In this document: in pieces, positions 26,801-40,000 of the stretch | Layout: every line of letters starts with the position of its first letter | Position numbering within the stretch: position 1 is the stretch's first letter | The notes under the pieces: generated by a model | The model's database searches: none | Told to the model about the DNA's origin: nothing | Seen by the model: the letters and a program-made list of their open reading frames with translations, nothing else | Program-made: the position numbers and the translations under genes | Assembly: GCA_039621445.1 (NCBI GenBank) | Contig: CP154954.1 | Span: 25,122,954 to 25,186,953, forward strand | Length of the DNA stretch: 64,000 nucleotides | From: Euglena gracilis | Taxonomy: Eukaryota | Direction of reading: 5' to 3'

Positions 26801-28538
26801 CAAGTGACACCTCCGTTGGCTGGGGTTCAAGGCGGCACCAAACCCAGCTGGTACACGACACCCAGCAGTAACAGGAGTCCACAAACCCAGCCAAGTTGGC
26901 TTTTTTTCAGTCGGGGGAGCGAGCAAGCACCGTTTTTTCCTGCCAGCAGCTGGCGGCCAGCTTGGCTGCTGAGGGTAAATGGGTCCTTTTTCCAACACAC
27001 ACGGTCTTATAAAACAAATCCCTGGCCTTCCCTCCTGCCCTGTGGGTGGGCTGTGGTTTACCTCTCCTCGTGCTCTGCAGCGCTTGCGCTCTCGCGCTGA
27101 GCCGGACCGGCAGTCAGGTACCCAGGCCAGTGGTGCCCTCCCATTGCCGTAGGGACACACCGCACGGGTCTGTCCCAACCGGCGAGAGCACACCTGCCGT
27201 CCTCCTATTTCCACACCATTTGCTGCCTGTCAGAAGGCAACCGATGTGGGAGGATTGGGGGGGGATTGAATTTCGATCGCAGCAATCGCAAGCAACGCCA
27301 TTTCCTCGCCATCAGCGCTCAAACTGTCTGTTTCATTTCGGAAGTCGTCCGAGCGTGGGAATGGATTGCGGCAAAAAAAGCAGCAACGTTTGGAACTGGG
27401 ACAGTTCCAGGCACTGGGCCTTTTTTGTTTGTGCATAAAGGCCATTCATGTTGGTCTCCAGAGTTGTTGGGGTACTCCATTCTCGGATGGGGACACCAGG
27501 TTGGTGCGCACATGTTTTGTTTACAGCAAGGCAGCATAAGTTTATGCAGCATGGCCAAAAAGACAGCCCACAAACCATTGTCCATTTCATGAAGGCAGTT
27601 ATCCACTCTAACTTGGACAATCCATCATTTTTGGTGTGCCAAGTTCGGCAAACCTTTCCAACATGGATTGTTTTCTGGTGTGGTTGTTCAGCAAACGTGT
27701 TGCTGAACCCACACACGGCCCACACAATCAACGACCAGAAATACCTTTTCAACCATCTTTTGCTACCCTTCCATCCCCAAGGTCCAGCAAGCTTCTTGGG
27801 AGTGTTTCCCCAACAAGTGAACCATCTTTCCTAGAAAGAAACCCAAAACCCTGAACTTTTCCACAATGTGCTATACTACCGCAATGTACTGTAATGTACT
27901 GTAATGTACTGTACTGTGCAATATACTATTAGAAAGTAGGTTTTGTTTTGGAAAGTTCATTGTACAAATTTTGATTAGTTAGTGAAGGCTTACGCAGACA
28001 CCTCCCCCGGACATGGGAATTTGACCTTTGTCAACGAGGAAAAAGAGTTATTGCTCGCAAAAGAATGCAGATCAATCAATTCCTCCAAAAAACTCTACGC
28101 AATATGCAACTAACTCTGACGTGCACGCACTCATCAGCACAAAATTTCAGCTCTCAGAATTGCCCTGTGACGCTCCTGTCCTCTGGCCTTTGCTGGAAAA
28201 ATTTCTAATTTCAGTGTACAATGTACTGCTGACGGGTCACAAGTAACAGCCTTGCGAGCGTGCCTTCGCTTTCCATAACCCCCCCCCCCCCCACATTCAA
28301 GTGCGCGGTGCCCGAATCAGCGCCACACCCCCGAGGGCATGAAAGTGAAGTCCAAACAAAGTGTGCAACCCCCGCTTTCCACTGATCCGCTTTCGGGTAG
28401 TGCCCAGATTAGTGTACGGTCCAAAACCACGTGCACTGAAATGGGGGGTTTTCCTCCAAGTTGGAGGTTCTGACACCAGCTCGGCTGTTGGCACGCCCCC
28501 CCCCCCTCTGCCCGGCTGTCCCGGCCGCAGGCTGCGCG

Positions 28539-29591
28539 ATGGCCAAGCTCCGGCTGTGCAGCGGCTGCGGCAAGGGGCGGCCCAAGTTCCAGTGCCCGAC
28601 CTGCAAGGCCGCCGGGGGCGACGAGGGCTTCTTCTGCACGCAGCGCGCGCCTGCGTCCGGCCGGCCCGGGCCGGGGCAACTGCGTTAGGGGTGGCCAAGG
28701 GCCCTCCTTTCTTCTGCGCTTTTCAGCGGCTCGAAATGGGATGGCGTTGCCTCATCCCTGAGCTCTTGATCTTCAACTTCAGTCACGTTTTCAATGTCAG
28801 TCACGGCTGGTTGGGCGACCTCCCCCCCCCACTCTCCCCTGGGAGGGGCCAGCAGGGGGTATTTTGCCAGTTGCACTATGCATTTTTTTTGCATAATTTG
28901 CTTTTTTTTGCACAATGTGAAACTTGCTAAAGTCGCATTTTTTGCATTTCTTTTTGCGTATTTTGCCTTTTCTATTTGGGGGCAATCGCACAGGCAAATT
29001 GCTCTACCACCAGACAACTAAAATTTGCATACTACACATTTTTGGGCCAATTTTTCACTAACAGCGTGTTGAGTATAAGTGCATCTCAGGAAACCAACCA
29101 TGTTATTTTTCAAGTTTGCACTACACTTTATTTTGGTGTCCTATGGATATACTATGCTACAATATGCATGCTATATGCTTGCATATGCTATGCAGCAAAT
29201 GCAAATTATAGATGCATATGCTGTGCACCCTGTTGCATAGCAAATAATGTTGGAAAAAATTGCCGGGAGGAGATGAAAATTCTAAGTCCTTTCCAGGAAA
29301 GTGTACAGCAGCTCCTAAGGAACGACTGCGTGCAACTTGCATTTTTCTTTTGCATTTGTTGCATTGCATATTTTGGGGTGCTTTTTTTGTTGCATGTTTT
29401 CCCCTGGCGGCCATGATACCCCGAAGCAGGGGTCCCAGGTTTGTTTTGTTTTCCCGGAGGGAACCCAAACCTGAATCTCGCCTCCCCCCCCCCGGGCTCC
29501 CCATCTACGCTTAGCCTCCACAGTCCACAGGGACGCAGGCGTGGAGGCGGCCTGCTTCAAGGAGCACTGGCCCGGCCACCGTGCCCTGCAC
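28539..29591 (+). CDS. Exons 1-2 encoding a C6H2 zinc finger: [49 protein letters not shown]
   Basis: C-x2-C...QCPTC...FFCxxxCF...W..H...H pattern matches the zf-C6H2 N-terminal finger of methionine aminopeptidase 1. Confidence 0.88.
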
Positions 29592-32500
29592 ACCTCAGCT
29601 GGGGGGCGGCCTTTGTCCGAGGGACGCGCCGGCCAGTCCGCCTTCTTCCACGTGGGAGCCGGCGGGGCCCCCGCTGATGTCCAAGCGACGCCGGCACAAA
29701 CGTTGCTCAGTGTTGCCCGTTCCCCGGGGTCAGCCTGGGCAGCCCCCCACGCCGGCGGCCGCTGCCCCTGCGGACGCCGCCGCGGACGCCACACAGCGTG
29801 CGGCGGCGGCGGCGGCAGCGGCGGCGGCGAAGGAGGCGCAGCGGGCAGCGCTGCGGCAGGCGGCGGAGGCGAAGGCGCGCCAGGCGAAGCGCGCGGCGGA
29901 CGCGGCGCAGCTCACCGCGGACATTACTGCGGCGCTGGCAGGTGTGTGCCATCTTTCCCCCCCCCCCCCCCCCCGGCGCGGAACCAACTTCAATATTTGC
30001 GGTGAACGATGGCCAGACTGAAGGCCAATCTTGTGATTGGGCGGGGGAGTACTGGTTGTTACGTTGTGAGAAGTGCCGGTCCTGGGCAACGGCCCTCACC
30101 AAGCCTTGGGCACCAGATCACTGGGGCCGCACCCAAGGTGAACAGGCAAGGCCGGTGAAAACGGTCAAAGTCCGAATGCACCTGGCGGGGGGTTGCGGAT
30201 TAGACTGTCGGTTCCTCCTCGGGTGGCCCAGTGGGGGGCTACCTTCGGAGATGCCCTGGAGGATCAAGAGAGGGATATTCAGGAACGACGGAGAAGAAAG
30301 AAGAATGGTCCACCAAGCCGACACCACCAGTCCAAGCATCCACTGCCCGGGGTCTAAAAGCTGTTATGCAAAGGATAAGGATGTTTGGAGGCATGGAACG
30401 ATGGTTTTCCTGTTTGTTCGTGGGGACACTTCGTTTTTCTTTTGGAAATAGACCCCTCCTTCTCACCCCCCCATCCCCTGCCCACTGCCCACGTTGGACC
30501 ATTGTATTTTCATTTGGCGGGTTTGGCGGTACTTCTTGTGCAACTGCAGGGTCAGATCCCCGAGCAGGGGGGGGGGGATTGTGCTTTTGGCTCACTGAAG
30601 GAAACGAAATGAAAAGGGTGCAAATGTTTGTAACAGCGGGGGGGGGGGTGGCAAAATGCCCCAGAATCAAAAATAAAAATATCTCTTGAATTGCCCCATC
30701 TCCCCACCTCCATATCCCCCTCACCCCATGCCACTCCCCACAACCCCAAAGCAAATTGTCAATCCAATGTGGCACAAAACGACGGAAGAGGTAAATAATT
30801 TAAAATAATGGCACAATTTGGAGTGAAAAGAGAATTCCTGTGCTTGAATCCGACAAAGAAATCTGACAGGTCAGGCACTCCTCCAGAAAAAGGTTATTGA
30901 ACATTTTGAAGCTTTGGAACATTTATGCACGGCCAAGGCTGCATAGAGGTGGAGGTGGAAGTAGCAGTTTTTCAACTTCCTCCATCTCTATGCCACCTCG
31001 ATGTCAAAATGCCAACGAAAATGTCTCACAAAGTATAATTTATGACAAGAAAAGGCCCCCGGGCGCTTGGCCCAGATTGAAGGAAAGGCCAGGGGGCACC
31101 CTTGTGGGGACCAGGTTGCATGGTAAAAAAATGTGGCGGGCATGTGCAAGAAGCCGAAGGCCAGCTTGAGGGAGGCCAAGTTTGCATGTAAGGAGGAGGG
31201 GGGCCAAGCGCCGTGGGGGGGGGGGCGGAGGGGAGGTACGTAATGTGTGCCGTGCCAAGGCTGCGGAGAGGCAGAGGGAGAGGTCAAAGTCCTCTACCTC
31301 TATGTTAGCCAGCTCGACCTCTACCTCCACCTCCATGTCACCGCTATTTCCATAAAACATCAAAAGCGCTTGTAAGAGGCACCAGATGCGTCATTTTTAG
31401 CAAGTTTCCATCAAAATACATCATTAACAGTTTGGGAATGAGCAAAAATACCTGGTTTGGTGGTTTCAAAAGGTTTCACAGAGATATGCGACAAAAATGA
31501 CCAAATCATGAAAATTGTCATGTGGTTTGGGGCGGGTATGAGCCCCCATGAGCACGTGAGCATGCCGCATATGAGCGCCTGGGCACACCTCACGCCTACC
31601 ACCAATGCCTGTCCCTAATACGCATTGCGGGCGAAGGTTACGCACGTGGTCCGCCCCCTCCCTCGCCCCGCCGGACCCCAACGCAGGGCAGAGCCACGTC
31701 CTCGTCGCCGGCCCCGCGGAGCCGTCCCCCGCCTCCCTCGCCGCCGCCGCCCAGCTCGCCCACCAAACCCTGCAGGCCGGGGCGGCGGTGCTGATCCTCT
31801 GTGCGGCCCCTCAGCCAGGGGGGACGGCGGGGGCACCCGGCGCGGGGCCCCGGCCGAGAATGCCCCCGGCGGTGGTCTGTCCGCAGCGGGCCTCAAGCAG
31901 TGCGGGCGCAGTGGTGGCTCTGGTGCGGGGCGGGACGGACCGAACGGACAACCCGAGGGACCCTGCGATGGGGCCTTCCATGGGGCCAATACCCCCCTCC
32001 TTGTCATGTTGTGGTGGTTTCCCTTGGTTTTGTTTGTGACGCCTCGGTGGCCCCCAGCCCACACCCCTCCGGCAACCCTGCCCTCCTGTGGTTGGGTCAC
32101 CAGCCCCCCTCAGAATAGAGCTCAGGTGGTGCGGGCCCATCCCCCCCTCCTGTTTGTCTCGAGGCTTCGATTCCTTCGTTAAACACGTCCTTTGCGCCGC
32201 CAAAACTCGACCTCAGCAGGTGCTGCAGTGGGTGGGGGGTCCGACCACAACGCTCCTTCCCGTCGGGCCCCCAACCCCTGGGCCCAGGGTTCGATATAAG
32301 GAGGGCGTACATGGTTTAGGTGGGGGGGTGTCCCCCCCCCCCCCCCCCCTCCTGGCCCGCAGGGGGGGGTCCGGACCACCCCCCACCCCCACCTGCAAGG
32401 GGGGTCCGGACCGACCCTCGGGGGGTACCCGGGACCCCCCCCAAAAAGGGTAAATTTTTTCCTCCGGCGCTTTGCGCCGATTTTTTTTGCATTTTTGGCC

Positions 32501-35500
32501 AATTTTTGCCCAAAAAGTGCCCAAAATGGCACTTTTGGTCGTTTTGGGGGGTCAAAATTTTTCGGCCCGGCGCTTTGCGCCGGGCCGAAAATCGGTCACC
32601 CTGACCGCGCGACTGTTTAGTGGGGGGGGGGTGTCCCCCCGCCCCCCCCCCCTCCTGGCCCGCAGGGGGGGGGGTCCGGACCCCCCCCCCTCCTCTCCTT
32701 ATATCGAACCCTGCCTGGGCCCCCCCGTGTACACTGCGGCTGTTTTTTTCGGTGCCGTTATCCTTTCTTCGGGCCTGGCTGTTTTCGTCTCTGGCCCTTT
32801 TTGCCTGTGTGCGTTGGGGTGCCCCCCCCTTCTTGTCTGTTTGTGGCCGACACTGACTTCGCCTCTGGCCCAGTTCGTGTGGTGAGTGGCCAGGGACCCC
32901 TGACCCCAGTGCCCGGGTGTTGCTCCCCCTGGCCAGGCGTGCAACTCTGCCCCCCCCCCCCCCCCCCCTTGCGGCCGCCCCTCTGCGGCCACCTCGCCGT
33001 GGCGGCGTACGCGGCGGTGCGGCGGCGGGCGGCGCCGGGGCTGCAGCCGTTCCGGGCGGGGCACGTGTTCGTCGGGGCGAACCCCTCCCTGCCCCTGCGC
33101 AAGGTTCGCCCCCCCCCGCCCCCCCTTGATGCTGGCCCCGCCCCCTCGCTTCAGCGGTGTGGTGTAGTGTGGGGCGGTGTCTGTTGGCACACGAGCCAGG
33201 CCCCTGGTGGGGGAGGGAACCCCTGCAGAGCTCCTGGCCACGCCAGTTGTTTTGTAAACAAATCCATGGCAGCACAGCTGCCATCCAGCCCTGACATCTT
33301 CTTTTCGACGTCGTTTGGCGGCTGGCCACCAGATGTTCTGAGGGCTGAAGTTGGGTCAACAATACCCCAACATGGTCCACGAATCGACGACTGGACAATT
33401 TCTGTTTGAAATGTGTGCCTTTTCATTTTTGAAACCCCCAAGGGCTTCTACGGCACTCCGGAACTGCCGAGCTGACCTTTCTTTGTTGGTGGGCAAGCAC
33501 AGGGGTTGTGGTTCCTGTGCGATGGTGTGCCTCCCACCTCCGGCTGTCCCTCAGGTCGCTGCGGAGTGCCAGCTGCTGGTGGCGGTCCCCGCTGCCTTCC
33601 AAGCCCACGCACCAACTTGCTCCCGGAGCAATGCAATGCGTGCAAGGCAGTCGTTTATGTTTTGGGGGGGGGGAGGAATCTGTGGGTTCTTCAAAGTTTC
33701 GGCCCACCGTATTCTTGGAGAACTGCAGCGGATGGAAACAAAGCTCATTTTTAAATTTAAAATTGGACATCTGTTCAATTTTTTTGTTGGACACTTTTTT
33801 CACCCTCCAGCAAAGAGCGCAAAGATCCATCTGGGGTGAAGAATGACAACGGTGCTTTCAGTAATATCCTTCAAACCGTTTTGCACATTGTGTTTTTTTC
33901 ATGGAAATTGGGAGAGGTCGAATGGGATAATTTTGCTCTTTGAACCAAATTTTCTTGCTTCTAAGGTGTTTCGAATTTTTGTATGTCTTAATTTGGTTCT
34001 TTCGCCTTAGATTGTGTACTTTTTAAAAAAAAGAACGGTTGAACTCAAATTGGCGAATGCATCACCCGAAACCGCTGAAAGAGGCTCTGACCTCAATCAC
34101 CCCCAAGTTTTTGAAATTGGTCACCCAGAGGGGTGGGGTTACCATCTGTATAAAACACGTAAATGGCCGAAGTCCACATCATCACTTCTTCCAGGCTTTT
34201 TTAATACATTTGAAGGATGGCCACACTGTGGATACTCTTTTTTTCCACCCGGCCTTCCGCACACCGTTTCGGCGGAGGCCCTGGCGTCTCAGGCCGACCC
34301 CTCCCCTGTTGGTGGGTGCCCGCCGCCCTCTCCCCCAAGCCCCGGCAGCCCTACGCGGCGGTCATCCTCCTCGGGGCGGGGCTGCAGCCCCACGAGTACA
34401 GCAAGGCTGCCCTGCCCGACAGCCAGGCCCCCGCCGCCCCCACCAGGCGAGGCTCAATATGAAATTTTGCATTCAACGGTGAGAACTTCTGGCGACCGAA
34501 AACTGGAGGTAGGAGGGGGTCCCCCCCAGTTTTGGACGGGTCCCCCCACCCCCCCTCCGAGACTCCCACGCAAGCCTGGGGGCCAAGGCGGGAAGCAGGT
34601 GCCTCAATGTCGAGCCCCTGGCGCGTCCAGGGCGGGCTCTCACTGAAGTCATTGGGACTGGACCACATCATGGGATGTCCTGTCCGGGGCTGCTCGGGGT
34701 TGGGGGGGGGGCAGATGTTTCAGTGGCCCAGGCTTGCCCTGGGGCCCTGCCGCCGCCCGGTACATGGTCGCCACCGCCGCCCCCGAGGGCGTGCCCATGC
34801 TGCAGCCCTGCCAGGCCCTGAAGGGTCTCCAGCAGGTGGCCCCACCCTGGAATGCTACACCCGCCCCCAATTGGACGGATAGCCCCCCCCCTCCAAGACA
34901 GGGAGTTTCTCAAGCTGGAGGGACCTAGCCCAGAGGTGCCAACCAACACCTTTTTTCCTGCCGGCAGTTCCCAGCCAGCCTGCGGAACCCCCCACCCCAG
35001 GGTCTGCTGCAATCAAGTTGTGGCCGGCCTGGAACCCCCCCCCCGGTCACCCCTTCAAAAAAACTACTGAGGTACAACAGCACTGTCAGAGATCAGTAAG
35101 ATATGCTCTCCTTTGACCACACGCAACTACCCTCTTTCCAGAGCAGTCTGCCTTGGTGCTGGTTGGGCAGTTATCAACATGTGATCATGAAACCATTTGA
35201 ACCTCTTCACGGTTCATTTTAACGTCAAAATTGACTGGAAAACTTTTTTATATTTGAGTATATTTTTTGCATTAATTGCATTTGTCTAATTTCACGTGTA
35301 TTTTTATTATCATTATAATTGAAGCTGATTTTCATCTGATACATCTGAAATGGCGTATCTTGAAATGGAAATCGTTGACCAAGACTTATCGAGTCCGTTT
35401 TGATGGTAGGTTTGTAAGTGTGGAGTGTGTCAGACAATTGCTGAAGGGTTTGAGTACCCCCCCCCCCCGGGGGGGCTGAAGCTAGTCCAAATTGGCCAGT

Positions 35501-37041
35501 GGAAATCCTAGTGGACCCCCTGGGTGTTCCGGTAGCAGGCTGGCCAGTGGCAGTGACTGGCGTGAAGCGCCGAATTTTTTTCCTGGAACCCCAAGACTTG
35601 TCCCCAAAAATGCCCGTTTTGACCATTTTGGGATTTTTATTTTTGCCAAAAATACATCGACCTCCTTTCCACCTCGTCGCGCAGCGCTGGAGGTTTTTTT
35701 TTTTCCAGTTGTGGGACCAGGCTTCTTTTTACAAGTGTGGCTAAAAGTTACGGAAGACAAACATTACGGCAAAAAAAATTCCGAAAGTCAGAAGATCCCC
35801 CTCCCCCTCCTGGGTGGAGGGGGATGGGTAGTTGGGTCTGCGGCCGGCCCCCCGGGGGAGTCCCGGCTGGAGGCCCGGGTATGGGTTTCAGCACAAAGCC
35901 GAAAGTTTTCTGGGAAATGCCCTCAGACGGCCTGATTTTGGGGGGGTCCCGCACCGGGCTGGATGGAGGGGACCACCCCTCCCCCTGGGGGGTCTTACAA
36001 AGAAGCCTGGGGAACCCCTGGACCCATGGTCCAGCTAGTGACTTTTTTCCAGTGTCCAGCAAAATGGCTGGCCAGTCCCCCCCCCCCCCGGGTCCTTGAG
36101 CAATGGCACGATGTACGTGTCACAAGAAGAGGTGTGTAAAAAGGCGAAAAGGGTCCTTTTTGCTGGAACAGTTTGATGAGCATGAGCAGGCTATTTCATT
36201 TTTTTTTGAAGAAAAAACCGGTGAATTTACAATGCCCGCCAATTTTTCGGTGCACGTGCGTTCTTGTCCTTCTGTTTTATCACCTTTTCATCTGGGGCAG
36301 GGAATTTCTTCAGGACCCTGGGGAAGGTGCAGGGCAGGACGGGAATCGGCCAAACAGCCAGGGTGGTGGGTGGGGGGGTCGACCCCCAAGAAATTTCCCG
36401 CCGCCTTCGGTGCCCGGAAAAATTGTGAAACAAATCTGCGAAAATGCTGTGGGTGGGTGGGGGGGGTCGACCACCCCAGCAGGCTTTTCCTGTACAGCCC
36501 TGGGCAGGGGGTATCCAGCCGGTCGGAAAAAGGGCTGGAAGGGGATGCAGTCCAGCTTCCGGGCTGCACCCAGCGGGTATCCAAAAATTGGCAGAACAGC
36601 CCAAATTCAGTTGGGTTGAGATATTTGAGCCATTGTTTTCAGGCAAACTCCAAATCCTCAAACACCCCCCCTTTTCACCACTTTTGACACCCTTTTTGAA
36701 TAGTTTTGGCACTTTGGGCAGAAAATCATTTCCCTCACCTCTGGGTCAAAAACCTCATTGGTGATGGGCTGTGGGGGCAGTCTCAGGGAGATTGGGGGGT
36801 AGTTTTGGGTAGGGGGAATGTGTGATTGGTGGTGCAATTTCTTCCTAAATAAATACAATTTTTGGATGAGCGCTGGGATGAGCGTTGGGATGAGTTTTGG
36901 ATGATCCCTCCCCACCCCGCAGGAACCGGCCGAGGACGACCCCAGTTCCCCAGCGCCGCTGTACGACCAGTGCGATGACTACCTGACCCACCTGCTGCTG
37001 CAGACCTTGCACCCCGGCCGGGCAGCAGAGCATATCCTGAA

Positions 37042-37072
<31 letters not shown>

Positions 37073-40000
37073 GCGTGTCTGTGTGTGTGTACATGTGTGT
37101 GTATGTGTGCGTGTGTGTGTGCGTGTCTGTGTGTACGTGTGTGTACGTGTTTGTGTGTGTGCATGTGTGTGTACGTGTGTGTACGTGTCTGTGTGTTTAC
37201 GTGTGTGTACGTGTGTATGTACATGTGTGTGTATGTGTGTGTATGTGTGTGTGCGTGTGTGTACGTGTGTGTGTGTGTGTGTACGTGTGTGTACGTGTCT
37301 GTGTGTGTACATGTGTGTACATGTTTGTCTGTGTGTAAGTGCGCCTGTGTATGTGTGCGCCTGCTTCATGTTTGCGTGTGTGTAGGGCCACGTTTCAGAT
37401 CCCAGAAAATTTGGAACCCTGACTTTTTGGTTGTCTGAGGCTCCGCGGAGCCTCCATATCTGGTTGGTCACCTGAGGTTCCACAGAGGTTCCGCAGAGCC
37501 TCCTCCTGGTAACCAATTTTTTTTTTGACAACCACCGTTTGTTTTTTTGGAATTAATCAGAAAATGAAGATATTTTGAAGGAGTAGGGCTGGGGTTGAGA
37601 TTCCACACAGTTGAACCTTTCCCGCTGATATATTCGGTCGTCATATTTGCCTTTCCGCGGTGCTCAGCAAACACAAATAGTCGTCCTCTTAAAACAGGGA
37701 TGCCGAGCGAGGGTTCCTGCCTGTGTCTTATCCAAGTTGGGGTCGGTGGTACCCTGTATGAGCAATTCCCAAATTCCCAAATTGTCACGAGAGAAGAACG
37801 ACAATTTTATCGAAAAAAGCTGAGCTTTAGGAGTCCGCCGCGGAGCCTGATTACCTGGAGGCTCCCCAGCGCCTCCGCAGAGGCTTCCAAATTATTCGCA
37901 AGGCACAATTCCACTCTGCAGGAGACCCCCCCCCCCGGATTGCTGCGGTGCGGCTGTCTTCCGGCCTTTCCGTTCACGATGGGCGGAGGAGCTGGTCGCC
38001 CCCCCCCTCCCCAGGCCATCCCGCCGCTCAGCCAGCCGCAGGTGCGGCAGTCCGTGCGGTGCGTCGTGGAGGCGATGGATCCCGATGGCCGGGGCCCCCT
38101 CCCCTCCCCATCAGTCCACCCCCCCCCACGGGGGCCGGGGTTCGGAGTTGTGCTGCCCCGAGGCCGGGCCTTGCCGCGGGCCCTTCCGTGTGGCCAAGGC
38201 TGGGAGATGGCTCTGTTCCGACGTGGAGAACGGGGCCCATGCGTTGGCACTGCGCAGCGGTCGACCTTTTCCGCACACTTCTGTCTTAGGGCAAAAAGCA
38301 ACGATGTTTGAAGCGGTGTAAGCCTTGTGAGGGGAGACCACCCAAAGGGGGCGGGAAGGGCCGGTGAACATTCCCCTGGTGTCCATTGCTAGAAATAGAA
38401 ACATTTAGGGGAGGTACCTTTGGACTTGACCCAGGCCCCAAATACCATTGTTTTAGTTGCTGAAAGGGCAAAGTATTTCATCTGATGCAGTGAACTGCAG
38501 AACTGCGCAGATTTTGATTTATATTAATATTTCACGTGTCAAAATCAGAAGCCTGTCTTTCCCTTTTTTGGCTTCGGCAATCCGGAAATTTATGAATTGA
38601 CGTTGAATGACACTGGGTGTTGCCATGTTGTTTTTTTTGGTCTTAATTCTGCATGTTTTTTTTTTCTAGATCGGCCCTGGGGGAGAAAACTCTTGTCGGG
38701 GGGTTCGTGGGGCAGGCCCCGGATGATCGAGCAGTTTCCGTTGGTGCCACCGCCCAGTCCCAGGGCAGCCCCCCTTCCCCGAGGGGCAGGGCAGAATGGG
38801 AATCGGCCAAACAGCCAGGGTGGTGGGTGGGGGGTCTCTGGGTCGACCCCTCCCCCCACCACCTCTTCCCATATTTATGGGAGCACCAATCTTTGGACCC
38901 CAAAACTTTTTCCCGGCGCTTTCGGCACCAGGTGCATTTTGGACCCATTTTGGCACCAAAATTTGGTCCAGTTTCTTTGACCTTCGTTTTTTTTACCCCC
39001 CTCCTAAAACTGCCAATTTTTGAACCTGAAACCTGAGTTTTTTTTGTGCAAAAGAATGTGGTTCTCCATCAAAAACCATGTATTTTATGTTCATTTTTCA
39101 AAAAAATCAAAAATTTACCCCGGCCAAAACCCTCGTTTCCCCAAAATTGGTGAAAATGCTGTGGTGGGTGGGCGGGGTCGACCCCCCACCTCCCAGGTGA
39201 GGGGGGGGGGTCGCCCCCCCCCCCCCCAGGCCTTCCTGTGCTGCCCTGCCGAGGGGCCACTGCCCAGCCGGCGGGTCGGGCGCTGCCGCCGTCGCTGCTG
39301 GTCAGCCTCTGCAGCGCGGCGCCGAAGCCCAAGTTCGGGAAGTGCTCCGCCGTCGTGATGGGTGTCGCCCAGAGGTTTTTTTTTAGTCGTGGACCCCCGG
39401 GGGGGGGGGGCGGGGGGGGGAGGGGGGGGTGCGGTGGGTGCGCCCGGCCGAGCCCCCCCCCCCCCCCGGGGGCCACCCCCCAGGGGGGAGTGGGATTTGC
39501 TTTTCGACGCCGAAGGCGCCGAACATTTTTATTGAAAAGGTGCTATTTTTGGAATTTTTCGCAATTTTTGAGTGGGTCCCCCGGGACCCCCCCCCCCAGG
39601 GGGTGGGTGGGGGACCCCCCCTCCCCCCGGGTCTTTAAAAAAAAAACCCCTGGCGTTGCCACGGCGCTGCGGTCGGCGCTGCAGGCGCACCCCGTGCTGC
39701 CCGGGCGGCCCCCCCGCAAGGTGTGGGCCGTGGAGGGGGGGCGGTGGTGGTGCTCAACGTGTGGTCCACCCCTCGCCGTTGGCTCTTGTTTGAGCCTGGC
39801 TTGACTGTCCACTATTTATTTATATGTATTTTTAATTTGTTTTACAAATGCCTTGACTCGAATATCTTGAATACCTTTCACAATCTAAATTTTGATTTTG
39901 TTTTTTATTATTTTATTGTTTTGTTTTTGTATCGAAAAGCCTTTTATTTAATATTAAGTCCCCAAATACAGAATCGAATAGCATTCCATTGCTGTCAGTT

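Noticed and set aside
27600-27730. Minus-strand LLNNHTRKQSMLERFAELG as a tyrosine-recombinase (Crypton) H-x-x-R motif
   Set aside because: Spacing is wrong, there are stops nearby, and the similarity is too weak.
28539-29591. Calling the gene methionine aminopeptidase 1
   Set aside because: Only the zinc finger matches. No catalytic M24 domain is seen downstream.
32232-32960. MITE 32285-32713 as an exonic insertion
   Set aside because: The frame stays open, but the flanks are T-rich and intron-like and a GT donor lies at 32232.
38779-39256. MITE 38787-39248 as an exon-interrupting intron (removal also keeps the frame)
   Set aside because: A simpler GT-AG intron (TTG|gtgcca 38744 ... cccag|CCG 39267) encloses it in phase, so it is probably intronic. 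Unresolved without cDNA.
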